From Anthoceros angustus (lineage: Eukaryota > Plantae > Anthocerotophyta): a DNA stretch of 64,000 bases. The position numbers were made by a program, and so were the translations under genes. How positions within the stretch are numbered: the stretch's first letter is position 1; each line of letters opens with the position of its first letter. Positions 22,771 through 35,937 of this stretch are shown here, piece by piece. The DNA is taken from positions 131,465-195,464 of the forward strand of contig VJWM01000255.1 in the NCBI GenBank assembly GCA_010909165.1. The letters run 5' to 3'. The notes under the pieces are model-generated. The model saw nothing but the letters and a program-made list of their open reading frames with translations. It was not told where the DNA came from and made no database searches.

Positions 22771-24659
22771 TTAGGGATCATCCCAAGATCTGGGATTCAG
22801 CATCCGTTTCATGAATTCATAGGTCATGAACACAATGCCCACACTGGGAATCACCTTATAGTACTCAGGAACTATCCCCCTGTATAGCCCAAAAAAACCT
22901 TCTGTCTGGACGATATGCTTCAAGGTGCCAGTGAGGCCTGACTTGTAAATGCGAGCCTTTCCTCCTGCACCTTCTAACTGCATTCTCCTCCGCACGAGGT
23001 CAATTGGGAACGTTGCTGCACGATGAAAATTGCGGTCAGATCCTTATTCCGCATCCCACCTGCACAACGGATCCTCTAATCACCAGGCATAAGTCCATAT
23101 CACTTACCTGTGGAGGAACAGATTCCTGCCACACTGCCACAGCCTAGACTCATCACTATTGGAGAAGAATCAGGCCTGCAATCGAGGACAGACAAACTGT
23201 TCAGCCAACATCCTCAATAGAAGCAGCAATACAACATAATATGCTTCCTGGACAAGCAGGTATGGAAATCCAAGGAAGTATGGTCACTTACCAATGAGAA
23301 ACCCACATAGACTTCAGCGTTTCATAGACACAAAAATTGATGGCAATGTTCGGTCCTACACCCTGCAATGATGGGGCAGCAGGGGATTAGGAGGGTTGCC
23401 ACGACAACAGATTACGTAGCAGCTGGCTGTTACGATCAGGTTCCTTAGCATCCCCACTGAAAAGATCATGTCAACACATCTAAGGTACCACAACCAATGT
23501 GCGAGGACAAGGTATTGCCAAAGGTACCAACAAAGTCGTGCCCAATCCTTTGTAAAGTCCTGGCCAACCTTCCTCCCTCCGAATAGTCAACAATGCGTGA
23601 CTTATGCCTTTATAGTATGAAACCTTGGTCTGCACAAAATAGCAACAACTTTGCATTAGGACCAAAGGTTTGGACGTTCAAGCTGCACAGCAATCAAAAC
23701 AAAGCCAGCAGCATGAGATACACCGTAGATGACACCAAACCAGAGCCTCAGAACTGCAAACCAAATCCGACAAACAATCTGCCCCTCACCTGGGCTGCCA
23801 GACGTGTCCTCACAAGGTCCAGGGGGTAAGTCAAAGACGCAGCTGTTATGCCTGCTCCTCCGCCAGCTAAGAGTCTCGTACCCATGCCAACCCCTAAGCT
23901 CTCCTCCTTTCCTTCTGTACCAAGAAACCTCTTAAGCATCTGTAAGAACCAGGTAGATTCAGAAAGCTTTCTAGAGCAATTCCACCCAACACCACCGCAG
24001 AGCACTCCATGAATTGTTGCCACGATTCCAAGCCCTTACCTTTTTGTATTCTTCGTAAGCAAAAAAGTTGACTGACGAATAGGGTAGCCGATGGATGATG
24101 GTGACCCCATTCCCTTTCCAGAATGCTCTCACACCTTCTTCACGAAATATCCTTGACGCTTCATGGAAAATGCTTGGAGCTTTCAACTTGGCACCCGCAG
24201 CATTCATTCCTTGGACCTGTGTCGATTCGCCATGAACAGTAGGTCAGCCAGACAGAGCGATCCGCGTGCACGTCGGAAACCAAAAACACATATTTTAAGC
24301 AGAAGGGAGACGCAGCCGGCAGGATAGAGAACAGCAGCAAGGAAAAACTCGTCAAGTTTCAGAAAAACAGAGAGAAAAGGGACGACGCAAACCTGGAAGA
24401 GAATGGTGAGTCGAGCGAGGGGTGCAGTGCACGTCTTGCTAACTGCACCGGCAACACCTCCAGCCAGGAGCTGGGAGGCCGTCCCGATTTGCGACGGCGG
24501 CAACACCTCCTGCACCTGTGGCTCCAAGGCTCCCTGTCCAGCATTGTCCGGCAGATTGCCATCATCCGCAGGGGCCCCTGCCAGTGCTCTGTGCTCACCT
24601 CCCACTACTCCGCCGATGGGACGGAGCTGAGCCTTGGAAGCTGCCGCGTCCGCTTGCAT
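22771..24659 (-). CDS. Mitochondrial substrate carrier (SLC25, McfB/At3g55640-like), 7 exons
   Basis: Three carrier repeats: LLAGGVAGAVSKTCTAPLARLTILFQ, TYPLDLVRTRLAAQ and TFPIDLVRRRMQL. Also EGVRAFWKGN and GLYRGIVPEYYKVIPSVGIVFMTYE. GT-AG introns. Confidence 0.93.
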
Positions 24660-25379
24660 AACTCCCAGTCACCGTATCCTTCCGTGTAACCAAGACCGAC
24701 AACACAATTGCATTCTAGGGCATAAATTCAACCAGCTCAAATGCCCCGTCCCTGTCCCGCATCCACATCCAGCGAGCTCCCGCAGAAGCCCCCTCTGAAC
24801 ATGTATTGGTCGGCCTCCCGCTCCTTCCCCGGGCATAAACCCTAAGAATCCACAACCACGACGACCGCGGGCTCCGGCTGCAAATCGGAAGCTCCTCACC
24901 ACACTCCCAATGTTCTCATCACTGCATCAGTGCTCATCACCTCCACTCCCGCTCCTCCTCCTCCTCCTCCCCAACCGGCCCGCCTTGCCCTACCTACCAT
25001 CCTTGCCCCGAGTCCATCACCGCAGCCCGCAGATTCCAGAACGCCCTCGCCACCAATCCGTGCCCCAGGATCATGTGCAAGCAAAGAAAACTCGTCCGCC
25101 AAAGCCGAAGCACGCTGCAAACACTGACACCCACCCACCGCCTCTTCCCTTCACCTCCCGCCTCCAATGTCGATGCGCGTAGATCAAGATAACAGTTTCG
25201 CATCCCGCAAACGTGCCTTGCAAATGGAACGGAGTGATTGAAGACGTTTCCTGCGCATCCCTAGCAACGGGCCGCGTTCACCGATCACCGAGCTGGTTTG
25301 CCCCGAATATTCCCGCCAGCTCCAGGCGTATTTACACTGCATAACGTTACTGCCCACCTAGGTATACGCTTTATCTATA

Positions 25380-26330
25380 TTTAACGAATTCCAAGGACAT
25401 GAGAAATCAATACCTAAATACATAAAGAGACACGAAATAGACCCACCCGAACCACAAAAAAACTCAGTAGGAAGACATGAAGATCGTAAAAAAGTCGGTT
25501 TCAAATATACCTAGTAGCTAAACTTGCTTGCATATTATGTGTCACTATTCTCTTGTCAAGAGGATAGTATATTGTGCATCTTCATTCCTACTACCAATCA
25601 ACCCAACTTGCTTGCTTATTGTGTCCATATTACAAATAACACCAACCATCTCGTTGTAGCTTTGAATATCCTTGATGAGCAATAGATATATATACGACAC
25701 CAATAAAAAACTACTAAATCAAAACTTCATCACCTTCTCTTGTAACAAGTATCCATAGGTCATGTTTTTGTTTTTTCAACAACCATGATCGATACTACTT
25801 GCTCGACAATCTTTGTCGTTTCCCCATATTCCAATAATAGAGGGATTAGATCATTTGATGGATAACCTTTTACTTCACCATGACCATGAGGGTCTTCTCC
25901 TAAATTATCTCATGGTAAGAAAAATATATCTGAATCTCTCATACATGCCATAAACTTAGTAAAACGTTGCACTTTGAAAAATCTAAGCAAGCGAAAGGGA
26001 TATGGATCGGTACATATTATTGAAAGTAAGAATATCTTACATAGGTACTTAGTCTAAGAACTAGGGAGTTAGTAGAAGAAGAAGAAGAGAAATCTATCAT
26101 AGTCCACTAAGAAGGGCATTTTTCTCATCATGGGATCTTGTACTCGATAATTGTATGTAGCAGATAAGGTAAGCGGTTTCACGTGCGAATAGCTAGCAGA
26201 TAAAAAGTAAGCCTTCTTGTAGGTGAGGATGTTATGAAGAGGTTGAGTAGGACGTTAGTAGTACTATGTAGCTAGCAGATAAAGTACATAAGCCTTTTAG
26301 GTGAGAATGTTATGCTGAGGTTGAGTGGAA
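25380..26330. other. AT-rich island, probably decayed transposon DNA, with a ~60-bp direct duplication (26192-26251/26271-26330)
   Basis: Sharp drop in GC content relative to flanking genes, no ORFs. The duplication is visible directly. Confidence 0.4.
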
Positions 26331-26892
26331 GTGGCCTTGCGGAATCTGGAGAAAAATCTGTCGTGGTTGATGAATCCCCCGGGTGGGAGAGGGTGACGCG
26401 TGGTTCCGTTGGGCGGACCGCGGGGGAATGGAAGCACGCTGATGTGAGAGGCAGCGGATCCTGCTTCCTGCATTGCGGCAGGCGTGGCTGTTGTTTCTCC
26501 TGGGCAGGAAGGAAGGAAGGGGGAAGGAAGGAAGGAAGGAAGGGGCGAGTACGTTGCGTGCGGAGGATCGTGGTCGGGCAAAGGAGCCGGCGTGGGAGCG
26601 GGAGATGCGTGCTGAATCCGCAGCTCCTGCAGCTGCTGCCGCCCCGGCCTCGGCCTCCTTCTTGCTGGATTCCTTCCCCGTTATCCTTGTAATGCGTCAC
26701 GCTCCCCTGGCCGGCCATCTCCCGCACGCCAACGCTGCAGGTGGCGTTTAGGGCAAAAGGTGCAGCAGCTGAGGCGGATTGCTCTGCGCGTGTGTCCGGC
26801 TCCGGCTCCGGCTCAAGGAGCGGTTGCCTGCGTTGGAAGCAGGAGAAAGGAGGAAGAAGGAGGAATTTGGGCTGCTTGGTGTGGGTGAGGTG

Positions 26893-29800
26893 ATGGCCGG
26901 GCTCCTGGTGCCCGCCAGGCCGTGTCCGGTGGGCGCGCACTCGGCAGCGGGCGAGCAGCCGCGGCTGCAGCAGTACGGATGTCGCCGGCAGGCTGCGCCG
27001 GGGCCGCCCGGTGGCGGCCCTGCTTCCGTGCGGGAGCTGTCGGTCGGTGGCGGGAAGGAGGCGCGCGGCGGAATGATTCCGCCGTGCTGGAATTCAGGTG
27101 CGGGGTTGGGGTGAGCTGGGGTGTGCGGGGTTGCAGAAATGCGTTCGTGCGGGGCTCATTTTGGGTCGTGCGGGCGTGGCAGGTGGGGATCCCGCGAGGG
27201 AATTGGGGAGAGGAGGAGGTGTGTGGGTGGTGGCAGGGGAGGGTGTGCGTCGGATTGCTCCACATGGAGGAGGACGGCGAGGAGGACGGCCGGGGCGTGG
27301 CTGCCGGTTCCCGGCTCTGACAGCGCGGGGTTGAGGCATTCGGCGTTCCTTGGCAGTGGATTGTTGGCGGGTGGGAGGATTTGCAACCAGCTTTTGGTGA
27401 GGGTGAGGTCTTTTTCTTCTGTCTGGCCGTGGTTTGGGGTTGGTGATGTGGAAGCAGGGTGGTTGGTTTATGGCTGCTGTTAGTTGCGGCTTTGCAGAGA
27501 TCAAATGCTGTCGGTTTTGCTCGTGCATCAGCTGGACCGAACGAACCCCATGCTGTCAACGTGAGATGGCCGGAAGGAGCGGTGGACCAGGGAAGGAAGG
27601 ACGCCTTGGAGGTCACTGGGGCCCTTGATGTGGAGGCATCGGATCTTTTGCAATCCAAGCTGCCCACTCATCCCAAGCTGCACCGAGGGCAGCTGAGTAA
27701 TGGGATGCGATATGTTATTCTTGCCAATTCCATCCCCCCCAATAGGTGATGCTTCCACGTCTGGGAGAATGGCTCAGCATAGCAAGGCCGGGTTGGCTCG
27801 GTGCTTCGAACTGGACTGTTGTCTGACCGAGCTCTTGGTGATGGTGCAGATTTGAAGCTCATATTGAGATGCATGTGGGCTCTGTGGATGAGGAGGAACA
27901 TGAGCAGGGTATAGCCCACATGATTGAACATGTGGCCTTTTTGGGAAGCAAGAAGCGAGAAAAGTTGCTAGGAACTGGGGCCCGGTCTAATGCCTACACA
28001 GATTTTCATCACACTGTCTTCCACGTTCATTCTCCTGTCACGGTTCAGGTAATGCGTAAGGCGATTTGGACAAAGTTACATTCAACGATTAACAGATAGT
28101 TACATTCTCTCCTGTGCTGTGTGCAGGGAACAAGCGAGCCAATGCTGCCACTTGTTCTTGATGCTTTGCACGAGGTCCGTTTATGAGTTCAAACCCTGTG
28201 ATGACAAGCCTGCAGCCTGCTCTAGCAATACACTCGAAATGATCTGGGAGCTGATTGTTTGGGATATGTTGATGCACTGTAGATTGTATTCAGGCCCAAA
28301 GTTGTGAGCACCCGTGTTGAGAAAGAAAGAAGAGCTGTTCTGTCCGAGCTGCAAATGATGAATTCGATTGAATACAGGGTTGATTGTCAGGTACTTCTGG
28401 GATGGCTGTCTACTGAAATGTGTTCCTAGCTGCTTGCTGGTGTGTTTGTGCTTCAAGATTGCTCCTGACTTTCTGTTTTAACTCGTATCCAGCTGCTACA
28501 ACAACTGCACTCTGAAAACCTTCTAGGATACCGGTTTCCCATAGGTTTAGAGGAACAGATTCAAAAGTGGGATGTCGAAACTATTAAGGCTTTTCATGAC
28601 CGCTGGTACTTCCCAGCAAATGCCACTTTGTTTATTGTAGGAGATATTGGAAGCGTTGGTAGAACGCTGCAAATGATTGAGGTAATTTCTTGCAATGGTC
28701 AAATTTGGTTTTGCCCTCCTTTACAATATCATTGTCGCTTCCCTTTTTACCGCAAGCAACCATTTTGGTCATGGTCTAGCCCTCTGAACTGAAGAACGAT
28801 TTAACGGTCACACTTTTTGGTGCAGGCTAAGTTTGGGTCGACACCTGCAGGCTATTCTCATCCTGTGAATCCAGCAGGCCCTGTAGGTCATCTTCAGGCA
28901 GTCAGGCAGCCTCTATTTGGACAATCCTTCTTTGACGACCTCTCTTCATCTGTAGAGGCTCCTCCAGCACCAGCTGTTCGGAAGGAACGACATGTGCTGA
29001 GACCACCAGTCAAGCATCAGTGGTCTGTCCCGTCACCTTCAGGCTCGCTAAAAACGCCTCATGTGTTTCAGCATGAGCTCCTCCAAAACTTCTCGCTCAG
29101 CATATTTTGTAAGGTAGTTTGTGCACCATTCTGATTTTGTTTCGAGCCAAGGTCTTAGGGATAGCTCCAGCAAGGGTGATTGATTCATCATTTTCTTTAT
29201 GCAGACTCCTGTCCAGCCGGTCAGTCAGTTTCTCGATTTACGGGATGCATTGATGCGAAGAATTGTTCTATCAGCTTTGCAGTTTCGTATCAATGCTCGC
29301 TACAAGGTCAGACAGGTCACTTCATTGCAGGGTGCAGCTGTTTCTCCTGCACGGTCTAATAATCAAGGACAAATATTTCGGCCCTCTGCTCACTTACCAT
29401 GTGGTGATTCCAGAGTGCAAGTCCTCCTTTCAACAGCATTGATATGGATCACAGTGATTCATCAAGAGAGGGCTGCACTGTGACTACTCTCAGCATAACT
29501 GCCGAGCCAAGGCACTGGAAGGGGGCTGTGAAAGTTGGTGTTCAGGAGGTTGGTGTACGGATTTGTCTGCCAGATGTTCGGTTAGAGAAATGAGGCAATG
29601 TGCAGCAAGCAGTGGAACTGAATTGCTTGAAATTGGCAGGTTAAAAGGTTAAGGAAATTTGGTGTAACGAGAGGAGAGCTTACACGGTACTTGAATGCTC
29701 TGCTGAAGGACAGTGAGCACCTAGCTGCAATGATAGACAATGTTCCATCCCTTGATAACCTGGACTTCATTATGGAGAGTGATGCACTGGGACACACGGT

Positions 29801-32800
29801 TATGGATCAGCAGCAAGGACATGAGACCCTGAAAGCAGTTGCAGAGACTCTCACTTTGGAGGATGTAAGTTGACCTCTTGAAGGATGATTTCTGTTTCTA
29901 TGCTGAATGCTCTTCTACATGCTCCAAGTAGCAATCTGTTTCAAGACAGTGATTCACATCTGAAGAAAAATGCCTCTTTTTTCAGGTAAATGCAATAGGA
30001 GCACGAATGTTGTCGTATGTGGCTGACTTTGGAGCTCCAATTGCACCAGTTCCTGCCGCCATTGTGGCCTGCGTTCCAAAAACTGTTCACTCAGACAAAG
30101 CTGGTGATGTACCATTTGAAATATCACCTGATGACATTTTGAATGCTATTCTTGAAGGACTGAACGAGCCATTAGTGCCAGAGCCTGAGGTTAGTTGAAA
30201 CCACTGTACAGAGTGCTTGAACTTGCACTTGATTTGTCATTTTCAGAACTGTGAAATCTTTTGCATTGTGCTGCCCCTGCAGGTACATGTTCCGAAGGAG
30301 CTTATTTCCCCGTTACAGCTGGCTGCCCTGCGTCTGCGAAGGGCTCCAGCATTTGTACCTCTTGAGGGCAAGGGAGTACTCACTAGACATGCTGATAACG
30401 TTCTTGGAGTGGTTCAGCGCCGTCTTTCCAATGGCATTCGCATCAATTACAAGGTCTCCTACACAGAGTGGTCTATTTGATGATCAAGGAGTATCCATGT
30501 GGGATTGGTTTGCGCTTCACAGCTCTCTGAGATGGTTCAAACAATTTGTAACATGAGCGCTCTTGTGGCTTGCTCCAGTTAAGCAAGCATGAAGCGAAGG
30601 GTGGAGTTATGCGACTGGTGGTAGCAGGGGGAAGGGCAAGAGAGCCCCTTGAGTACCCTGGAGCAGTAGCTGTCGGGGTGCGAACATTAAGTGAAGGTGG
30701 GGCCGTGGGGGGATTTTCGAGGGAACAGGTGAGCTTGTTTGCAAATTGCAAGCGATGTCTGAAAGGTGGTTTTTGTTGGTGACTTTGTGGTCCTTGGCCT
30801 CTGTTCACTGAGGTATTTCCGCAATTCTTTTGTAGGTAGAACTGTTCTGTGTTGGGAACCTGGTGAACTGTGTTCTGGAAGCCGATGAGGAGTTCCTTTG
30901 TATGGACTTTCATTTTACAATGCGTGACGGGGGAATGCGGGCAGCTTTTCAACTGCTGCACATGGTGTTGGAGGTGCCGGCGTACTCCCTCCTACTGGAT
31001 GCTTCTGTCTTGCATATACACTCAGTAGTTATGCCTATACCATTTAATACCCCGCTAACTCTTTAATCAACTTGGTTGTGCAGCACACTGTTTTTCTTGA
31101 AGATGCCCTGGACAGGGCAAAACAGTTGTATCGATCTCATTTCCGAGCGATTGCTAAAAGTCTAGAACGGGCAACTGCAAATCGACTAATGCGAGCCATG
31201 CTGTTGCCAGAGGAGACTCGCTTCACAGAACCTTCTATTGAGGCACTTGAGAAGCTTACATTGCCTGTGGTGAGAGATGCTGTTCTAAGACAACTGGTGC
31301 CTGGAAACATGGAGGTATGGCATGCTCTTCCCATGCCATCTCACTCTGAAATGGGACTTGACTTGACGCAGGCTCAAACGTTGAACATGTGATGATGGCA
31401 GGTTTCTATAGTCGGGGACTTCACAGAGAACGAAGTGGAGGCATGCGTCTTAGATTATCTTGGCACTGTTGCACCTGAGCGTGACCCACAGGCAAGGCTA
31501 GATGCTGAAAGAAGGGAAAGGCCTGTGCTACTAAATTTGTACCCTGGTCCAGAGCTACGGCATCAAAAGGCAAGCATCCCTGTCATATGGAATTGTTCCT
31601 GGTGATTGGTTTGCTCTGCAAGTTTGTGTTAAGATGGATTTGTTGTTGCACAGATTTTCCTAAGAGATACGGATGAACGAGCTTGTGCTTACGTCGCTGG
31701 CTCAGCTCCAAATGGATGGGGATTTACTGTTGATGGCCGGGATCTCAACACTTTGGTTGAACCTGTTCCAAGTACAATGACAGGTGCACGACCTTTGATG
31801 AATGAATATATTGTGTAGCAAAAGATCCATCATCCTGTTTGTCCTGCTAATTTTACCTCTTGGTGGACAGAGGAACAAGCTCGTGAGCTAGCAAGCGAAG
31901 GGGTAGAGGTAATTAGGGACAGTGCAGGTACACTGTGTTGGAAAAGGCAGCGGCACTTTCTTTACGCATCCATAGCATTGACGATATTATCGGAGGTGAT
32001 AAACGCCAGGTAGGTGCTTTACATAGTTGTTTGAGGAACAGCTTCCTGTGAATTCCCTGAAAACTTACCCTAATTTGCTTCCTTGGGGTCAGGTTATTCA
32101 CAACAGTGCGAGATGCATTGGGTTTGACGTATGACGTGTCGTTTGAGGTCAGCATGTTTGACCGGCTGCAAGCAGGCTGGTTTGTCATATCAGTCACATC
32201 CACCCCGGCCAAAGTTAGTATAACTTGTTCTTATTGGGACTCACCATAAGTTGTGGAGGATTTCCTTAACTACTTCCTACTTAATAGTGTTGCTGGTGTG
32301 GACCTAATAACGTGCAGATACATAAGGCCGTGGAAGCTTCTTTGAATGTCCTAAGAGGTGTCCATGGAAATCGAGTGAATCAGCGAGAGCTGGATCGTGT
32401 ATGAATAATTTTGCTCATCTTCATTGAATGTTTTGCTTCTTCAAGTTTTTTCCTGCAATGACATGGGATTGTGATGGGCTCTATTGCAGGCGAAACGTAC
32501 ACTGATGCTACGTCATGATCCTGAGGCTATGGATAATGCATGTTGGCTTGGTCTTCTAACTCACACACAATCTCCTCTCGTCAGTAGAAAGGTATTCCAA
32601 AGCTAATGCTTCAAAGTTGACACATGATTGTTCTGGCTACAAAGCTTTGTGACCTCCATCTCCTGTGTCAGATGTTGACCTCCAGCTGTTTATCTGACAG
32701 AGTGTGGAATGCGTGGGGGATATGTTTCACGTCATACAAACGATGACAGCTGATGACATTTACAATGCGTACAACCACCTCAGTATGGATGAGAACACAT

Positions 32801-33049
32801 TGTGCTCGTGCATTGGAGTAGCTGGAAGTGTGGCTGGCAGCGGAGCTGAAGTCCTTGAAGTTGAGGATGATGTCGAAGGTATGCTCTAGTTCTTCCGTTT
32901 ACAGCTCGTTCTGGCTAGGGCATTTGAGTACCAACGTTTAGAGGTTGCTCTTCACTAACTTGGTTTTCCGACACGCAGAGATTGGAGGATTACAAGCGCC
33001 TCAAATGCCCGGTCGAGGCATGTCCACTGTTACTCGGCCAACCATGTGA
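26893..33049 (+). CDS. SPP: Chloroplast stromal processing peptidase (M16 metallopeptidase), >20 exons; start codon and first exons uncertain
   Basis: HxxEH motif in GIAHMIEHVAFLGSKKREKLLGTGARSNAYTDFHHTVFH. Also RVEKERRAVLSELQMMN, DNVPSLDNLDFIMESDALGHTVMDQ, FLRDTDERACAY and LFTTVRDALGLTYDVSF. C-terminus GRGMSTVTRPTM*. Confidence 0.95.
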
Positions 33050-34134
33050 GACTGTACCAATACCCGACCTCCCCATCAAATGATGGAAAACTTGAGGGCT
33101 TTTCCCGCAGTAAGTCGCATCTGTCTAAGCCTAGCCTGCAAACAGCAGCACCTCTGGTAGCTCACAATCCGTGTTCAAAATCACAGGTTGTCCTTTGCCT
33201 GCCGCTGAATTTTCTGTACAGTCTAGTTGCTCTGTAACATGTCAGAGTGTCGGCAATTGATTAATAGATGCGTGCTTACCATCACCGGAGTGCCCAAGTT
33301 TTATCTGTTCAAGCTGGCTGTCAGACCAATCTTCTAGCTGGTCTTCGATTTGCAGATGTCTGTAGATTATGTGAAACAATCTGATTCTTCCAGGTTCCCC
33401 CGCCCGGGTTTGTACTTTGTAACCTGGTCTGATGTAAGAGAAACTCATTAAAAAAGATATCCTGACTCCCCACAAAATCGGCATATTTTCAAATCCATCA
33501 GCTTAGATGCAGTGTGAACGACATCTGTCCAGTCCTGTTTGGCGGTGTCGAGTGGGACCTATGGTCGTCCTCCTCGTTTTAGGCCGCCTGGCTCTTCTTG
33601 ACGAGGAGGCTGGTCTAAAGGCGTTGAATTTTCCTGCCAATTTTCAGCTCGTAGATGATCTATAGGGCTTCAATTCGGAGCTCGCGGCACCTACATTGCT
33701 CAGAATTCTGTCGTAGCTCTTCTGCAATCCGACAGCGTATGAACCTGGGAAGATTCCTCCTAAAGATGCCGTAGTTGCTGGTTCTGGAGTTCACTTTACC
33801 TGCAGAATTGTCTGTGTTGTGGCGGATTTTGTCCGGGATACGCCGAGCTGAATATGTGAAGGAGGTAGCTGAATTTCTTTGTGGTGTGATCCGCTGGGAA
33901 TTCCGTGCTACTCCACCTTGGCAGGTGGAGAATTTGTTCCATCTTACAAGTGGTGTGGGCTTAGGTGCCCTGGATGTCATGGACCAAACACGCAGGTAGC
34001 AAAGGTTTTTCGTCTGAGCGTAGGAGGTGCGGAATTTTGTTGCAGGCGGATGCGCTGGGCGTCGAGGTGGGGTAGGAGCTCTAAAGTTCAGGCTGCTTCA
34101 CGGGTGGCTGAATTAGGTCACTTGCGCCTTGGGC

Positions 34135-35115
34135 ATGGCCGAGGAGACACCTCCACTGGCCAGGGCCACTTTATCTGCTCCCAGCTCCAGCACGGCAGGA
34201 CACGAGAAGCGGCGGAGATCTCGAAATTGGGAATGTCACGAGGTTTTCTTACTGGTCCAGGCCAAGAAAACGGAGTGTGAACAGTATGAGGCGAGTGGCA
34301 AGAAGTATGAGTCTTCCTCTGGGAAGTGGGGGAAGATAGTGGAGTGCCTCCAGGACCATGGGATTACGGATAGAGATGTGGATATGTGCCGGAGCAAATG
34401 GGATAACCTCTTGTCGGATTACAAGAGCATCAAGGATTACCAGAAGTCGTGTGAGAATCCTTCGTACCAGACTCTGAAGAAGGAGGAGAAGAAGTTGCAT
34501 AAATTGCCTCCGTCTTTTGATCCTGAAATTCTGGCCTTGTTGGATAGCTTTCAGGGCAAGCGATCGAGCCACAACTTCCCATACATGCTCGATTCCTCGC
34601 GTCCCAAGCCGAGTGATGCTGCCGTCCCGAGACTGCTTTCTGTGGTCCCTCAGAAACTGATGACGATCCGGATTCCGCGACAAGCGGACACAGCTGTGAT
34701 GAGGACGATGGAAAATGCTTTTCCGAGACCTGTGACGCCCTCGTCACTCGGATCAGAGACCCAGTACGACAACGTTGTCAACACTGAGGGTCTGGACATG
34801 CACCCTATTCACCAGCTGCACAGAGACGGAGGAGAGGAGCTGCACAGAGACAGAGAAGAGGGCTTTGTTGGCAAGAAGAGGAGGAGTCAAGCGTCCTCCT
34901 CTCAGCTTCTGTCCGATTCCATCAAGGAGATGCAGGTTTCCTATGTTAACACCTTGTTATCAATGGAAGAGAAGAAGGATGACCGGCAGAACAAGGTGCT
35001 GGAGCTTGAGAGAGAGCGAATCAATATCGAAAGGGAAGATCGGAAAGAATTGATTGCGGTCCTGGGAGCCCTATCTGAAGCATTCGACAAGATTGCCAAC
35101 ACCATGACCTCGTAG
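34135..35115 (+). CDS. Trihelix (Myb/SANT-like) transcription factor with C-terminal coiled coil; intronless CDS
   Basis: RSRNWECHEVFLLVQAK..KWGKIVECL..G..RDVDMCRSKWDNLLSDYKSIKDY is a three-Trp trihelix domain. Also KKLHKLPPSFD and a C-terminal charged helix ending LIAVLGALSEAFDKIA. Confidence 0.85.
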   Translation: MAEETPPLARATLSAPSSSTAGHEKRRRSRNWECHEVFLLVQAKKTECEQYEASGKKYESSSGKWGKIVECLQDHGITDRDVDMCRSKWDNLLSDYKSIKDYQKSCENPSYQTLKKEEKKLHKLPPSFDPEILALLDSFQGKRSSHNFPYMLDSSRPKPSDAAVPRLLSVVPQKLMTIRIPRQADTAVMRTMENAFPRPVTPSSLGSETQYDNVVNTEGLDMHPIHQLHRDGGEELHRDREEGFVGKKRRSQASSSQLLSDSIKEMQVSYVNTLLSMEEKKDDRQNKVLELERERINIEREDRKELIAVLGALSEAFDKIANTMTS

Positions 35116-35601
35116 TTGATCCTTCACAAGTGGAGACACGCTGCAAGGCTGCCGGCCTGTCTCTCAACAGCTCAGTCCGTCTTGCAGCTACTCCTAAGTA
35201 TACCGGCTGCAATTGGTCTGGAAAAGGTGTTCACTTCAACCGTCTTCACCCTCCGGCCACCTAGTCTGCAGGTATCTGTGCTGCTCACGAGAAAGGAGGA
35301 AAGTGGCAGGAGGAGGATGAGTCAATACATATCACACCTGTGTCTTGTAGGATTATCAGAAGAACCAGGGCTGCGACAATGCCATCGACCCTGCACACAC
35401 GGATCAACTCTGGAACCTATTGCAACAGAGGCAATTAGGTAGGAATTTCATAGTTGCTATCGGCGGCTGTACGTTGTACGGGCACATGTGAGAACTGGAA
35501 ATCTGGGTGGCTCGGTGACCACCTATCGAACAGTGTTGGGTTGTCACAAGAAGGGAGCAGCACAGACTTTTTGGTGAACGAGAGAAGTGATAATCTGACT
35601 G

Positions 35602-35695
35602 GCTGATCATGCGGGAGGTGCTTTCATGTAGGCAGTGGCCAAACGGAAGCTGATCATGCGGGAGGTGCTTTCATGTAGGCAGTAGCCAAACGGAA
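35602..35695 (+). repeat. Near-perfect 47-bp tandem duplication ~240 nt upstream of HMT
   Basis: GCTGATCATGCGGGAGGTGCTTTCATGTAGGCAGTRGCCAAACGGAA occurs twice. Confidence 0.9.
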
Positions 35696-35937
35696 GTGCT
35701 TGAGTGTAGGGGAGTGCTTGAGTGTCGGAGATCCCTACCGAGATGAAGGACGGTGAAACGGGAACAACACCTGCCGAGATAGCACACGCGGCAGTTAGTA
35801 CCTTTCCAGTGGGTGTCTGTATTCTCTGCACCTGCCCTCCTGGCGCCGCCGGGCCACGCCTTTTTGAATTAACGGGTTTGTGAGAGCCCAGCCCGCATCT
35901 CTGTCCCCTTCTCTGTCCGCTTCTGCTCGGCGACAGC

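Noticed and set aside
25540-26000. Retroelement integrase zinc-finger remnant
   Set aside because: Needs several assumed frameshifts; too degenerate to call.
34135-35115. Trihelix ORF as the Myb/SANT gene of a Harbinger element
   Set aside because: No adjacent transposase or TIRs; the architecture fits a host trihelix factor.
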